Below the pieces are notes generated by a model that saw only the letters and a list, made by a program, of their open reading frames with translations, did no database searches and was not told where the DNA came from. Below, piece by piece: positions 51,385 through 61,862 of a stretch of 64,000 bases of DNA. The DNA lies in assembly GCA_963712745.1 (NCBI GenBank), contig CAVQJC010000007.1, positions 1 through 64,000 of the forward strand, read 5' to 3'. This DNA is from an uncultured Chloroflexia bacterium (GTDB taxonomy: Bacteria > Chloroflexota > Limnocylindria > Limnocylindrales > CSP1-4). Within the stretch, counting starts at the first letter, position 1; each line of letters opens with the position of its first letter. A program made the translations under genes and the position numbers.

Positions 51385-53165
51385 GCCCTCTCCTCCGTCC
51401 CGGCCTTGACGCCGCTGCCGAGCTGTGACTCGTAGATCTCCCCGTATAGCTCGCTCGACTCCATCAGCTCCTCGTGCGTGCCGGTGGCGATGATCTCGCC
51501 GTTCTCCATGAGCACGACGCGATCGAGGTCGATGACCGCGCTGATGCGCTGGGCGATGTAGATGGTGGTGACGTCCTCGTACAGCTCCGGGATGGCGCTC
51601 TGCACGCGGCTCTCGGTGGCCACGTCGAGGGCACTGGTGCTGTCATCGAGGATGAGCACCCGGGGCGCTGCGGTCAGGGTCCGCGCGATGGCCAGGCGCT
51701 GGCGCTGGCCGCCGGAGAAGTTGTAGCCGCGCCTCGCGACCGGGGCATCCCACGTCTGGGGCAGGCCGCTCACGAAGCCGTGCGCGTCGGCTGCCTTGGC
51801 CGCCTCGAACATCTGCTTGTCCTCGGCGTCGGGGGCGGCGAACTTCAGGTTGAAGCGCACGTCGCCCCCGAAGAGCATGGCTTCCTGCAGGGCGATGCCC
51901 ACGATCTGCCGCAGCTGGTCCTGGGGGATGTCGCGCACGTCGCGGCCGTCGATGGTGATGCGGCCCTCGGTCACGTCATAGAAGCGTGGCACCAGGTTCA
52001 CCAGCGCCGACTTGCCGGCACCGGTGGCGCCGAGGATGCCGATGCGCTCGCCCGGTTCGACGATGAGGTCGATGTTCTTGATGGCCGGCGGATCGAGCTC
52101 CCCGTCGGGCCGCCTGAAGGCGAAGGTGACGTTCTCGAAGGCCACCCGACCCTTGATGTCGGCTGCGTCGACCGCGGTCACGTCGGCGCCGTCCCGGACA
52201 TCGGGCTCATCATCGATGACCTCCCAGACGCGGCCGGCCGAGGCATTGCCACGGAGAACGAAGGGGACCAGGATGGCCATCAGGGCCAGCGGCGTGACCA
52301 CCAGGGCGAGGTACTGCGTGAAGGCCACGATCTCGCCGACCTGGATGCCACTGGCGTCGAGCAGCTGCAATCCGCCGACGCCGATGGCCAGGGCCACGGA
52401 GATCTGGGCGATGCCGGTGAGGATGGGGTTGAGCATGGCCACCAGGAAGGCCGCCGTGAAGGCCGGCTTGCGCAGCGCGGTGGCGCGCTCGGCGAAGCGT
52501 TTCTTCTCCAGCCCCTCACGCGTGAAGGCCTTGACCACGCGGATGCCGGTGAGGTTCTCCTGCAGCCGGTTGTTGAGGCCGTCGAGCTTCTCCTGCCGCT
52601 CGTCGTAGGCGGCGAAGACCTTGGGCACGACGAAGGCCATGATGACCAGCACGAGCGCGGCCACGACCGCCATGATCCAGACCAGGCTGGGCGTGAAGAG
52701 CAGCGCCAGGACGAAGGCGATGATGAGCATGAAGGGTGCGTACAGCGTCAGCAGCACCGCGTACATGATGGCGTTGGCGATGTTGTTGACGTCCGCATTG
52801 AGGCGGACCATCAGCTGCGAGGTGCGGAAGCGGTCGAAGTTGCCGAACGACATGGTCTGCACCTTGGTGTAGAGCCCGTCGCGGACGTAGAAGGCCGTGC
52901 CCTGGGCGAAGAACACGGCGAAGGCGGCCGTGCCCGCGAGGGTGCCGCCGGCGATGAGTGCCAGCACCACCATGGCGATGCCGGTATCGACGATGACCTC
53001 GAGGTTCCCGGCCACGAGGCCGTCGTTGATCATGCGCTGCGTCAACGTAGCCACGGCCACCGAGCAGACTGCCGAGACCATCAGCAACAGCTGCGACACG
53101 AGCAGTCGCCCGCGATAGCCCTTGAACACGAAGAACATGCGCGCGAGGTGACCGATAGCGTTCAC
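51381..53165 (-). CDS. Heterodimeric ABC exporter subunit (TM287-like, degenerate site)
   Basis: GATGAGKS, FSGGQRQR, ILDDSTS (E to D), IAQR (H to Q). Confidence 0.93.
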   Translation of the reverse strand: MNAIGHLARMFFVFKGYRGRLLVSQLLLMVSAVCSVAVATLTQRMINDGLVAGNLEVIVDTGIAMVVLALIAGGTLAGTAAFAVFFAQGTAFYVRDGLYTKVQTMSFGNFDRFRTSQLMVRLNADVNNIANAIMYAVLLTLYAPFMLIIAFVLALLFTPSLVWIMAVVAALVLVIMAFVVPKVFAAYDERQEKLDGLNNRLQENLTGIRVVKAFTREGLEKKRFAERATALRKPAFTAAFLVAMLNPILTGIAQISVALAIGVGGLQLLDASGIQVGEIVAFTQYLALVVTPLALMAILVPFVLRGNASAGRVWEVIDDEPDVRDGADVTAVDAADIKGRVAFENVTFAFRRPDGELDPPAIKNIDLIVEPGERIGILGATGAGKSALVNLVPRFYDVTEGRITIDGRDVRDIPQDQLRQIVGIALQEAMLFGGDVRFNLKFAAPDAEDKQMFEAAKAADAHGFVSGLPQTWDAPVARRGYNFSGGQRQRLAIARTLTAAPRVLILDDSTSALDVATESRVQSAIPELYEDVTTIYIAQRISAVIDLDRVVLMENGEIIATGTHEELMESSELYGEIYESQLGSGVKAGTEERA

Positions 53166-53220
53166 CGCCGCAGTCTACTGTCCCTCAGGGGCCGGTTTCG
53201 CCGCCGCGCCCGCCCGCTGG

Positions 53221-54030
53221 TCAGGAGCGGGCCTCGAGGGCGGCCACGAGATCGTCCTCGGTGGGCGTCGAGCCTAGGCCCATGCGGGCGCCGATGCGGG
53301 CCGCCGCCGGCGGCTCGAGGCGCGCCGCGCGCAGCGTCGGCCAGACCGCCTCGGCGAAGACCTCCGCGGGTGGGCCATCGAGGACGACCCGGCCGCGGTC
53401 GAGCAGCACTACCCGCTCGAACGTCTCAGCCACGAAGCGCAGGTCGTGGCTGGCCACGATCACCGTCCGTCCCTCGGCGTGCAGGTCACTGACGATGCGC
53501 TGCACGCAGGCGATGCCCCCGCTGTCGAGTCCGGTGGTAGGTTCGTCCAGCGCCACGACCGGCGTCTCCATGGCCAGCACGGCCGCGATCGTGAGCAGCT
53601 TGCGCTGGGTCTCTCCAAGGTCGTCCGGATGTCGCCCGAGGTCGCCGGCCATGCCCACAGCCCCGAGCGCAGCCTGGACTCGTGCGAACGCCTCTTCGAT
53701 CGTCAGGCCCTGGTGACTCGGCCCGAACTCGACCTCGTCGCGTACGCTGCCGGCGAAGATCTGGCGGTCCGGATGCTGGAAGCCGAGGCCCACGATGCGC
53801 GCCAGCCGAGCAACGTGCAGGCGGGCAGCATCCTTGCCCTCCACCAGTACTCGCCCCCTGGCTGGGCGCAGCAGGCCGTCGAGATGACGCAGGAGCGTGG
53901 TCTTGCCGCTGCCGTTGGCCCCGATGAGTGCCACCGTCTGCCCCCCGGGGATGGCCAGGTCGACCCCGTCGAGAGCAGATACGCCGTCCTCGAACTCGTA
54001 GGCCAGGCCCTCCAGGCGTAACTCCGTCAT
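53221..54030 (-). CDS. ECF transporter ATPase
   Basis: GANGSGKTT, FQHPDRQIF, DEPTTGLD. Confidence 0.9.
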   Translation of the reverse strand: MTELRLEGLAYEFEDGVSALDGVDLAIPGGQTVALIGANGSGKTTLLRHLDGLLRPARGRVLVEGKDAARLHVARLARIVGLGFQHPDRQIFAGSVRDEVEFGPSHQGLTIEEAFARVQAALGAVGMAGDLGRHPDDLGETQRKLLTIAAVLAMETPVVALDEPTTGLDSGGIACVQRIVSDLHAEGRTVIVASHDLRFVAETFERVVLLDRGRVVLDGPPAEVFAEAVWPTLRAARLEPPAAARIGARMGLGSTPTEDDLVAALEARS

Positions 54031-54830
54031 GTGCCGGACTCCAGCCGCCCCGGGTCAAGCCCGGCCGCGACGAGGCGACGGCGGAGGCGTGCCTCGGCCA
54101 GCGGTTCCACCCCCAGCGCGGCCACGCCCGCGTCAGCCAGTACCTCGGCCGCGGGTCCTCGAGCCACGATGTTGCCGGCCGCGATGATGGCGACGGTGTC
54201 GCAGACCGAGGCCAGCATGTCCGTGCGCTGCTCGGCCACGAGCACCGAGGTCCCGGCGGCGGCGATGGCCCCGATCGCCTCAAGCACGGCGCCGGCCCCC
54301 GCCGCGTCGAGGTGCGCGACCGGCTCGTCGAGGATGAGGTGACGCGGGCGCATGGCCAGCAGACCGGCGATGACCACGAGCTGCTGCTGGCCGCCGGAGA
54401 GCCGCTCGGGCTGGCGCTCGCGCAGGTCCGCGATACCGACCGCCTCGATGGCCTCTTCAGCCCTGGCCAGGACCTCCGGCCGAGGCAGGCCCAGGTTGGC
54501 AGGTCCGAAGGCGACCTCGTCGAACACCGTGTCGGCGATGAGCGACAGCTGACCGGTCGGATCCTGTAATCCCGTGACGATGTGCTCGGTGAGCCGGTGC
54601 ATGGGCCAACGCTTCACGTCCTCGCCGTCGAGGCTGATGTCGCCGACCACACTCCCACCCGTGACCCGTGGAGCCAGGCCGCCGGCCACCAGGCAGAGCG
54701 TGGACTTGCCGCCCTCCGAGGGACCGGCGAGACCGGTGACGGTGCCGTCCATCAACTGCAGGTCGACTGCGTGGAGCGACTCGCCGGACGCTCCGGGGTA
54801 GCGGTAGGAGACGCCGCGGAGGTTCAGCAT
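54027..54830 (-). CDS. ECF transporter ATPase
   Basis: GPSEGGKST, DEVAFGPANLG, LSGGQQQ, LDEPVAHLD. Confidence 0.9.
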   Translation of the reverse strand: MLNLRGVSYRYPGASGESLHAVDLQLMDGTVTGLAGPSEGGKSTLCLVAGGLAPRVTGGSVVGDISLDGEDVKRWPMHRLTEHIVTGLQDPTGQLSLIADTVFDEVAFGPANLGLPRPEVLARAEEAIEAVGIADLRERQPERLSGGQQQLVVIAGLLAMRPRHLILDEPVAHLDAAGAGAVLEAIGAIAAAGTSVLVAEQRTDMLASVCDTVAIIAAGNIVARGPAAEVLADAGVAALGVEPLAEARLRRRLVAAGLDPGRLESGT

Positions 54831-55585
54831 GGCAGCGTTCCAGCCAGACGCGCCAGCCCCAGCAGCACGAGCCCGGCCGCGACCCCCCATCGAGCCAGGC
54901 GCTGCAGTGGGCTGTCGGGGGGTGGATGCATCACGGTCGGGCGGCCGGGCCGGGTGAAGCCGCGCGTCTCCAGGGCCAGCGTTCGCGTCTCCACCTCGCG
55001 TATGGCGGAGAGCACGGTGGGCGCCGCGACCGCGACCACTCCGCGACCACGCCGCAGCCAGCTGCCCTCGGTGTCGAGGCCTCGCGCACGCTGTGCCTGA
55101 GTGACCTCGCCTGCCCGTTCGGCCAGTCGCGGGATCATGGCCACGCCGTTGTGGATGACGAACGTCGCCCGTGCTGACAGGCCATGGTGCTGCAGGCTGG
55201 CCACCAGCTCCGACGGCCGGGTGGTGGCGTAGAAGAGCACCGCGGCTCCGGCCATGGTCAGGACGCGAGCTACCACCTCCGCCGCCAGCCACATGCCCTG
55301 CTCCGTGGTGCCGACCGCGAAGAGCACGTTGACGATGACGACGCTGAGCGCCAGTGGCAGGGCCAGCAGCAGCGAGGTGGTGAGCACCGCTCGCAGCTCT
55401 CGTGCCACGAGGGCCGGCAGCACCACCGCGACCAGGGCCAGGGCAGCCGTGCAGGCGACCCCGCTGAGGAGGGCCGCCGCCGCGAGGGTGCCCACGGCCA
55501 CCACCAGCCGGGTCAGCGGGTCCAGGCCCTGCCAGGCAGAGCCCGTGTGCCGGCTACGCGACGCGGTCGCCGACATCCTCGCCAT
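54824..55585 (-). CDS. ECF transporter transmembrane component EcfT
   Basis: LDPLTRL, AQRARG and ALETRGF X-R-X motifs. Confidence 0.9.
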   Translation of the reverse strand: MARMSATASRSRHTGSAWQGLDPLTRLVVAVGTLAAAALLSGVACTAALALVAVVLPALVARELRAVLTTSLLLALPLALSVVIVNVLFAVGTTEQGMWLAAEVVARVLTMAGAAVLFYATTRPSELVASLQHHGLSARATFVIHNGVAMIPRLAERAGEVTQAQRARGLDTEGSWLRRGRGVVAVAAPTVLSAIREVETRTLALETRGFTRPGRPTVMHPPPDSPLQRLARWGVAAGLVLLGLARLAGTLPC

Positions 55586-56618
55586 CGGGCAACGGGAGCA
55601 GGTATTCGCCCTGTGGGAAACGAGCCTTGGTACGTGTGGCCATGGCCCCAAGGATGAGGTAGACCACGAAGTACGTGATGACCTTGTCGACCGGGTCGGA
55701 GATCAGGCTCTGGCCCAACACCGCCTGCTGCAGGTCCGCACCGGCCTGCCGGAAGGCGGCGATGACGAAGTCTGCGCCGGAGCCGGTCACGCCTCCGAAG
55801 AGGCCGGCCGCGATGGGTGCGGCGATGAAGGCCGCGACCACGCCGGTGATGACGCCGGCCAGGACGATGTAGGCGGCTCCCAGGTCGCGCCAGCGGACGA
55901 GCAGGACGACGAGGCCCACGGCCGTGCCCACCACCAGCAGCAGGGCCACCCAGCCGAGGATGACGAAGGCCGTCTCGTCGGCAGCAGGCGCGAGGCCCTC
56001 GCCGTCAGCAGCCGCCAGCCACGCCCGCAGCGCGAGCACCACCATGACCACCACCGCGCCGACGGTCAGCGCGCCGCCGATCGCCAGCCGCCGGCCGGAG
56101 GTGCCGCGTCGCGGCCGTAGCCAGCCCCAGCGCGCGAATGAGCCGGCCAGCAGCCCGACCACCACGGCCACCACCGCGAACGGCACCGCGAAGGGGCTGC
56201 TGAAGGGAGGGGGTGCGAGATAGGTCCAGATGACGTTGGAGAGGAACCCGGTGGCGGCGCCCGCCAGAGGGCCGGCCAGGGCAGCCACCAGGATGGTGCC
56301 GACGGAATCGAGGTAGATGGGGATCTTGAGCGCGCTGGCGACAGCGGTGCCGAGCACGATGTTGAGGGCCATGGCCACCGGCATCAGCACCAGCGTGCGC
56401 GTGTCGAACTGGCGCGTGATGGAGTCGATGCGGCGGGTCTGCGCGTATTCCACCAGGGCATAGGCGACGACACCTGCGGGGATGGCCACGACCATCACCA
56501 GCGTGAACCGGTCGAGCGCATCCTCGAGGGTGAGCCCACCCAGGGCGGCCAGGCCGGCCAGCGCGATGAGGCCGAAGACGGCGAGGCCGGCACCGACCCG
56601 CAGCCACGTCTGCGACAC
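55554..56618 (-). CDS. ECF transporter S component (enlarged)
   Basis: LVLMPVAMALNIVLG, IPIYLDSVGT, GGVTGSG, DPVDK; GAGGAGG RBS before GTG. Confidence 0.8.
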   Translation of the reverse strand: MSQTWLRVGAGLAVFGLIALAGLAALGGLTLEDALDRFTLVMVVAIPAGVVAYALVEYAQTRRIDSITRQFDTRTLVLMPVAMALNIVLGTAVASALKIPIYLDSVGTILVAALAGPLAGAATGFLSNVIWTYLAPPPFSSPFAVPFAVVAVVVGLLAGSFARWGWLRPRRGTSGRRLAIGGALTVGAVVVMVVLALRAWLAAADGEGLAPAADETAFVILGWVALLLVVGTAVGLVVLLVRWRDLGAAYIVLAGVITGVVAAFIAAPIAAGLFGGVTGSGADFVIAAFRQAGADLQQAVLGQSLISDPVDKVITYFVVYLILGAMATRTKARFPQGEYLLPLPDGEDVGDRVA

Positions 56619-56701
56619 GCCCACCTCCTCGCTCGATCTCGCTCCCTCTCCCGCGCGACAGAGTGCCACGAACCCACCGACGCAGCGTCTAGCATCGAGG
56701 C

Positions 56702-58069
56702 ATCAGCTTCACGACCGTCGCCTTCGCCCTCTTCCTCGTGGCCGTCGTCGCGGGCCACTGGCTCCTCCCGCGTCGCCTTCGGCCGTGGTGGCTGCTGGGC
56801 GCGAGCATCCTCTTCTACGCCACCTGGAACGTGGTCTACGTGCCCGGGTTCCTGCTGCTCATCGGCGCCAACTACCTGCTCGGCATCGCGGCCGCCGGAC
56901 GGCACGCCAGGGCCGCGACCATCGCCGCGGTGGTCCTGGACCTGGTCATCCTGGGTGTCTTCAAGTACCTCGACCTGGCCCTCGGCAGCAGCGCTTCGCT
57001 GCTCAGCTGGATCAGCGGTGAGACCGTCGACTGGGGCGGCCTCGGGTTCGTGCTGCCGTTGGCCATCAGCTTCGTCACCTTCACGCTCATCGCCTACGTC
57101 GTCGATATCTACCGTGGTGCGGAGCCGGAGCGGAACATCGTCCACTTCGCGGTCTTCATCGCCTTCTTCCCGCGCGTCCTGGCCGGTCCCATCATGCGCG
57201 GCAGCCAGTTCCTGCCCCAGCTGCGCTTCGGGCGCGGATTCAGCCTGCCGCTCGTCCACATGGCCGTGCCGCTCATCGTCAGCGGCCTCTTCAAGAAGTC
57301 GCTGGCGGACCAGCTCGGACCGGTGGTCCGCGACGGCTTCAGCGACAGCGGGTCCTACTCGTCGATCGCGCTCTTTGCCATCGCCGCGGCCTGGACCTTC
57401 CAGCTCTACCTCGATTTCGCCGGCTACACCGACCTCGCCAGGGGATCTGCCCGCCTGCTCGGCATCGGCATGCCGCGCAACTTCGACTGGCCCTACCGCT
57501 CCCTGTCGATGGCCGAGTTCTGGCGGCGCTGGCACATGACCCTGGGGACCTGGCTCCGCGACTACCTTTACTTCCCGCTGGGCGGCTCGCGCAAGGGCTC
57601 GGTCCGTACCTACGTCAACCTCATGATCACCATGACCCTGGCCGGCGTGTGGCACGGGGCCGGGCCCGGGTTCGCGGTCTGGGGCGTGCTCCAGGGCGTG
57701 GGCCTCTCGGTCAACCGCTGGTGGCGGCGCCTGCCCTCGCACCCGGTACTGCCGGTCCTGCTCTCGTGGGCCGTCACCTTCACCTTCGTCGTCCTCGCGC
57801 GCGTGCCCTTCGTGGCGCCGGACCTCGAGACCGCCGCCGAGTATTACACCCGCATGCTCATCCCCCACGGCGGCGCCCTGCCCAGCCTGGCGCTCGTGGG
57901 CACCCTGGCGGTGATGATGATCGGCCAGTGGAGTGGCTGGGTCAGCCTCGCCCGGCGCGCCGCCCCGCGGCGATCGGCCCGGCGCTGGCTGGCCTATGGT
58001 GTAGCCCTTGCCATCGCCGTCGTCCTGCTCCCCGCCGGGGCGCCCGACTTCATCTACCAGCAGTTCTAG
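56702..58069 (+). CDS. MBOAT family O-acyltransferase (AlgI/PatA/DltB-like)
   Basis: LPLAISFVTF, AGPIMR, YLDFAGYTD, NFDWPY, FWRRWHMTL, GVWHGA. Homology-like N-terminus starts at an ATC codon; first canonical start is GTG 56738. Confidence 0.9.
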   Translation: MSFTTVAFALFLVAVVAGHWLLPRRLRPWWLLGASILFYATWNVVYVPGFLLLIGANYLLGIAAAGRHARAATIAAVVLDLVILGVFKYLDLALGSSASLLSWISGETVDWGGLGFVLPLAISFVTFTLIAYVVDIYRGAEPERNIVHFAVFIAFFPRVLAGPIMRGSQFLPQLRFGRGFSLPLVHMAVPLIVSGLFKKSLADQLGPVVRDGFSDSGSYSSIALFAIAAAWTFQLYLDFAGYTDLARGSARLLGIGMPRNFDWPYRSLSMAEFWRRWHMTLGTWLRDYLYFPLGGSRKGSVRTYVNLMITMTLAGVWHGAGPGFAVWGVLQGVGLSVNRWWRRLPSHPVLPVLLSWAVTFTFVVLARVPFVAPDLETAAEYYTRMLIPHGGALPSLALVGTLAVMMIGQWSGWVSLARRAAPRRSARRWLAYGVALAIAVVLLPAGAPDFIYQQF

Positions 58070-58090
58070 AGGACCAACCCGAGGCTCTAC

Positions 58091-59131
58091 GTGATCAAGC
58101 CGAGCACCATCTTCCTGGCCGCCGTCCTCCTGCTGGGCCCGCTCGTCGCAGCCGAGCTGGCCGTGCGCGCGCTCATCGAGTCGGGGCGGCTGCCGTATGC
58201 CTCGACCTCGAGCGAGGCGGCCGACATCGGCTTCGCCAACCTGGCCCGCTTGGGCAGGCCGGACGTGCTCGTCCTGGGCACCTCCTCCATCCGCAATGCC
58301 CTGCACCCCGATACCCTCGAGCGGCTGGCCTCGGAGGAGCTGGGGCGCCCAGTGCGCGTGCAGAGCGTGGCCCAGGGTGGCCTGAGCCTGGCCGACCAGC
58401 AGCTCATCGTCGAGAGCCTGTCCGAGCAGGATTTGTTGCCTGAGGCTCTGATCCTGGGCCTGTCCCCCAGCACCATCACCGGCCAGGGCCTGACCAACCG
58501 CTGGTTCTCGAACTCCGAGCTGGGCCAGGCCTGGAGCGGTTGCGCCGACCTCGACGAGCCGGAGGCGTCCATCTGCCGGCTGGGTCAGCAGTCCGCCCTC
58601 TGGCGCTGGCGGGGCCGGCCCAAGCGGCTCATCGAAGCTGTGGCCGAGCCCATGCCCACCACGTTGCGCAGCGGACAGCGGATCCTCCACGAGGACGGCT
58701 GGACGTCCGAGCCAGGTGCCAGCGCCAAGCGCTTCGAGCGCATGCTCAAGGGCTACGTGGAGCGGTTCCCCGAGGGCGTGCCCCAGGCGGCGGGTATGAG
58801 CGCCGCTTTCGCCCAACTCATCGCTGCGCTCCGCGACCGGGGCACCACGGTCATCCCCACGGCGCTGCCCTACGCCCCGCCGCTGGAGGAGGCGTTGGTG
58901 GAGAGGAACCCGGCCTGGCGCCAGGAGCTGGCAGCCGGCTACGACGGGCTCGTCGAAGCCGCCGGCATCGACATCGTGCGCGTGCATCGTTTCGGTGACT
59001 GGTGGCGGCCACGGTCGAGCAACGACCCGCGCCACCTGAGCGCGGAGGGCGCAGCCGCCCTCACCGAGCAGCTGTGGACGATGCCTGAGTTCCGCGAACC
59101 GCTCCTTGAGAGCCTGCGCTCAGACGGCTGA
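58091..59131 (+). CDS. SGNH-like extracytoplasmic partner of the MBOAT (putative O-acyltransferase)
   Basis: N-terminal TM, VLGTSS (G-x-S) and DPRHL (DxxH). Confidence 0.65.
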   Translation: MIKPSTIFLAAVLLLGPLVAAELAVRALIESGRLPYASTSSEAADIGFANLARLGRPDVLVLGTSSIRNALHPDTLERLASEELGRPVRVQSVAQGGLSLADQQLIVESLSEQDLLPEALILGLSPSTITGQGLTNRWFSNSELGQAWSGCADLDEPEASICRLGQQSALWRWRGRPKRLIEAVAEPMPTTLRSGQRILHEDGWTSEPGASAKRFERMLKGYVERFPEGVPQAAGMSAAFAQLIAALRDRGTTVIPTALPYAPPLEEALVERNPAWRQELAAGYDGLVEAAGIDIVRVHRFGDWWRPRSSNDPRHLSAEGAAALTEQLWTMPEFREPLLESLRSDG

Positions 59132-60118
59132 GCGACGCTCCCGGGCCAGCCGCCCGAGTCGTTCCACGAAACGCTCGAAGAAGGTCTCGCTGTCCGCTTC
59201 GACGGCGACCTCGAGGTTGGGTGGCCGGCCCCAATGGCGGCGCCAGTCGGTGACCGTCTCGCCGCTGGTCCAACGGCCCTCGAGCTCGACCTCCACGGTG
59301 AGTGCCTCGGTCCGGGCCAGCGCCGGGTCGAGCGCTGCGGCTACCACCAGGGCGTCGTGGATGAAGGCGCCGTAGAAGCCGTCGTGGCGGCTGTGGAACT
59401 CGAAGTAGAAGCGCAGCGCGTCTTCGACGAAACCGACGATGGGGTCGTCCCCGGACCCGGCGGCTTCGGCCAGCCGGTCGAGGTGCGAGGGTGTCATCTT
59501 CGCGCGCTCGGTCACATCCAGGCCGAAGGCTACCGGGCGCGGCGCATCAGTCGCCTCCCAGCCCTTGATGGTGGCGCTCAGCGCCTCCGGGTCGACACCG
59601 GCGTTCCACTCCATGGTCGGTGCCGTGTTGCCCGGGGAGCGGTAGGCGCCGACCATCATCATCAGCCGGCGCAGCATCATCGGCAGTGCCGGTTCGCGCT
59701 CCAGCGCCACGGCCACGTTCGACAGCGGGCCCAGCGTGACCAGCGTCAGCTCGCCCGGGCGCGCCCGGGCCTCGGCCACGATCATGTCGGCGGCCTCGCG
59801 GTCGCGGGACCCCCTCGCCGGCGCCGGCAGCTCGGCGTGACCCAGGCCCGTCGGTCCGTGGGTATCAGCGGCCGTGCGCAAGGGCCGCACGATGGGAGCG
59901 TCGCGACCTGCGGCTACCTCGACGTCGCCGCGCCCGGCCAGCTCCAGCACCGCCAGCGTGTTGCGTACGACGTGGGGCAGCTCCACGTTGCCGGCCACGC
60001 AGCCGACACCGACCATCTCGGCACCCGGAGTGGCGGCCGCGTAGAGCAGGGCCAGGGCATCGTCGATGCCGGTGTCGCAGTCGATGAGCAGTGGCGTGCG
60101 GGTCGTCGCGTCGGTCAT
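59120..60118 (-). CDS. Nucleoside hydrolase (IunH family)
   Basis: DCDTGIDD, AGNV, HGPTGLG, LGPLSN, EWNAGVDPEA, IHDA. Confidence 0.93.
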   Translation of the reverse strand: MTDATTRTPLLIDCDTGIDDALALLYAAATPGAEMVGVGCVAGNVELPHVVRNTLAVLELAGRGDVEVAAGRDAPIVRPLRTAADTHGPTGLGHAELPAPARGSRDREAADMIVAEARARPGELTLVTLGPLSNVAVALEREPALPMMLRRLMMMVGAYRSPGNTAPTMEWNAGVDPEALSATIKGWEATDAPRPVAFGLDVTERAKMTPSHLDRLAEAAGSGDDPIVGFVEDALRFYFEFHSRHDGFYGAFIHDALVVAAALDPALARTEALTVEVELEGRWTSGETVTDWRRHWGRPPNLEVAVEADSETFFERFVERLGRLARERRSAV

Positions 60119-60375
60119 CAGCGGCCACGCCTGGGCGCCACGATGTAGCCACCGACCGGTCCGCTGGGCCGGGTCGCCGCCACCATCGTCACCCACAGCC
60201 GTGATGGCCATGGGCTTGCCCGTCTCATGAGGGCAGTATGCGATGGCGCTCGCGATGTGTGTCGCCTTGCGTGGCCCCGTGTAGCATTCGTTGCGACCCG
60301 CAGGCAGCACGGGAGCTTCAGCGCCGCGGGACCCACGCCCTAACCACGATCGACGACACACTTCTCGGAGGAAGC

Positions 60376-61834
60376 ATGAGCCACCGCGTCACTCTCATTC
60401 CCGGCGACGGGGTGGGGCCGGAGATCACCGCCGCCACGCGCCGCATCATCGAGGCGGCCGGCGTGGCTATCGAGTGGGAGGAGGCCATCGCGGGCGAGGC
60501 CGTGTTCCGTGCCGGCGACAGCTCGGGCGTACCGCGCGAGACGGCCGACTCGATCGCGCGTACGGGCGTCGCGCTCAAGGGCCCCCTGGCCACACCCATC
60601 GGCTTCGGTGAGAAGTCGGCCAACGTGACCCTGCGCAAGCTCTTCGAGACCTACGCCAACCTGCGCCCGGCGCGGCAGATCCCGGGGGTTCCCACGCGCT
60701 ACGACGGCGAAGGCATCGATTTCATCGTGGTCCGCGAGAACATCGAGGACCTCTACGCCGGCGTCGAGTACATGGACTCCCGCGACGTGGCCGTGGCGCT
60801 CAAGATCGATCACCCGGCGAGGGTCGGAGAAGATCATCCGCTACGCCTTCGAGCTGGCTCGCCGCGAGGGCCGCCAGAAGGTCACATGCGCCACCAAGTC
60901 GAACATCCTCAAGCTCAGCGAGGGCCTCTTCCAGCGCGTCTTCGAGGAGATGGCGCCCGAGTATCCCGACATCGAGCCGCAGCACCTCATCATCGACAAC
61001 GTCGCTCACCAGATGGTCAAGGACCCCGCGCAGTTCGACATCATCGTCACCACCAACCTCGCGGGCGACATCATCAGCGACCTCGCCTCCGGCCTCGTCG
61101 GCGGCCTGGGTTTCGCAGCTTCGGGCAACTTTGGTGACGAGGTCGCCATCTTCGAGGCGGTGCATGGCTCGGCGCCCAAGTACGCCGGCAAGGACGTCAT
61201 CAATCCCGCCGCGCTCATCCTCAGTTCCGTGCTCATGCTCAAGCACCTCGGTGAAGCCGAGGCCGCGCAGCAGATCGAGGACGCTGTCTACGTGACCCTC
61301 GAGGAGGGCCAGGCCGTGACCCTCGACGTGGCCCGCCAGGCGGGTGACGTGGAGCGGGCCACGTCCACCTCGGGCTTCACTGACGCCATCATCGAGAACC
61401 TGGGACGCGCCCCGGCCACCCGCTACCCGACCAAGGCGCGACCGCCCGCGTCGGTACCGGCGCCCCAGGCGCGGTGGGAGCTGCGACCGGTCATCCCCGC
61501 CGACACACGGCTCATCGGCGTCGACATCTACACCGAGATGGACGGCGACCCACAGCCGGTAGGCCGCGCCCTTGACGAGGCGGCCGGGCCGGAGTTCAAG
61601 CTGCTGCTGATGTCCGCCCGCGGAACGGTCGTCTATCCGCAGGGCAGCTCCTACACCGACACCGTGGGCTGGTGGCGTTGCCGTTTCGTGGCCGCGGAGG
61701 AGGGCGGCCTTGTCGATGACGCGGCCATCCTGCGACTGCTCGCCCGCGTCGGCGAGCGCATGACCTGGGCGCACGTGCAGAAGCTGCGGATCATGGACGG
61801 CGACCCGGGCTTCACCAAGGCACAAGGGCAGTAA
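60376..61834 (+). pseudogene. icd: Isocitrate dehydrogenase (Thermus-type, C-terminal extension) with one +1 frameshift near 60807
   Basis: LIPGDGVGPEI, KSANVTLRK, RENIEDLY; removing one base at 60807-60808 restores ITRRGSEKIIRYAF...KSNILK...FEAVHGSAP. Possibly a sequencing error. Confidence 0.85.
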
Positions 61835-61862
61835 CCAGCCGAGGGGGCAGACTGGACGGACC

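Noticed and set aside
49516-53165. Degenerate catalytic motifs in the ABC exporter
   Set aside because: Normal asymmetry of TM287/288-type heterodimers.
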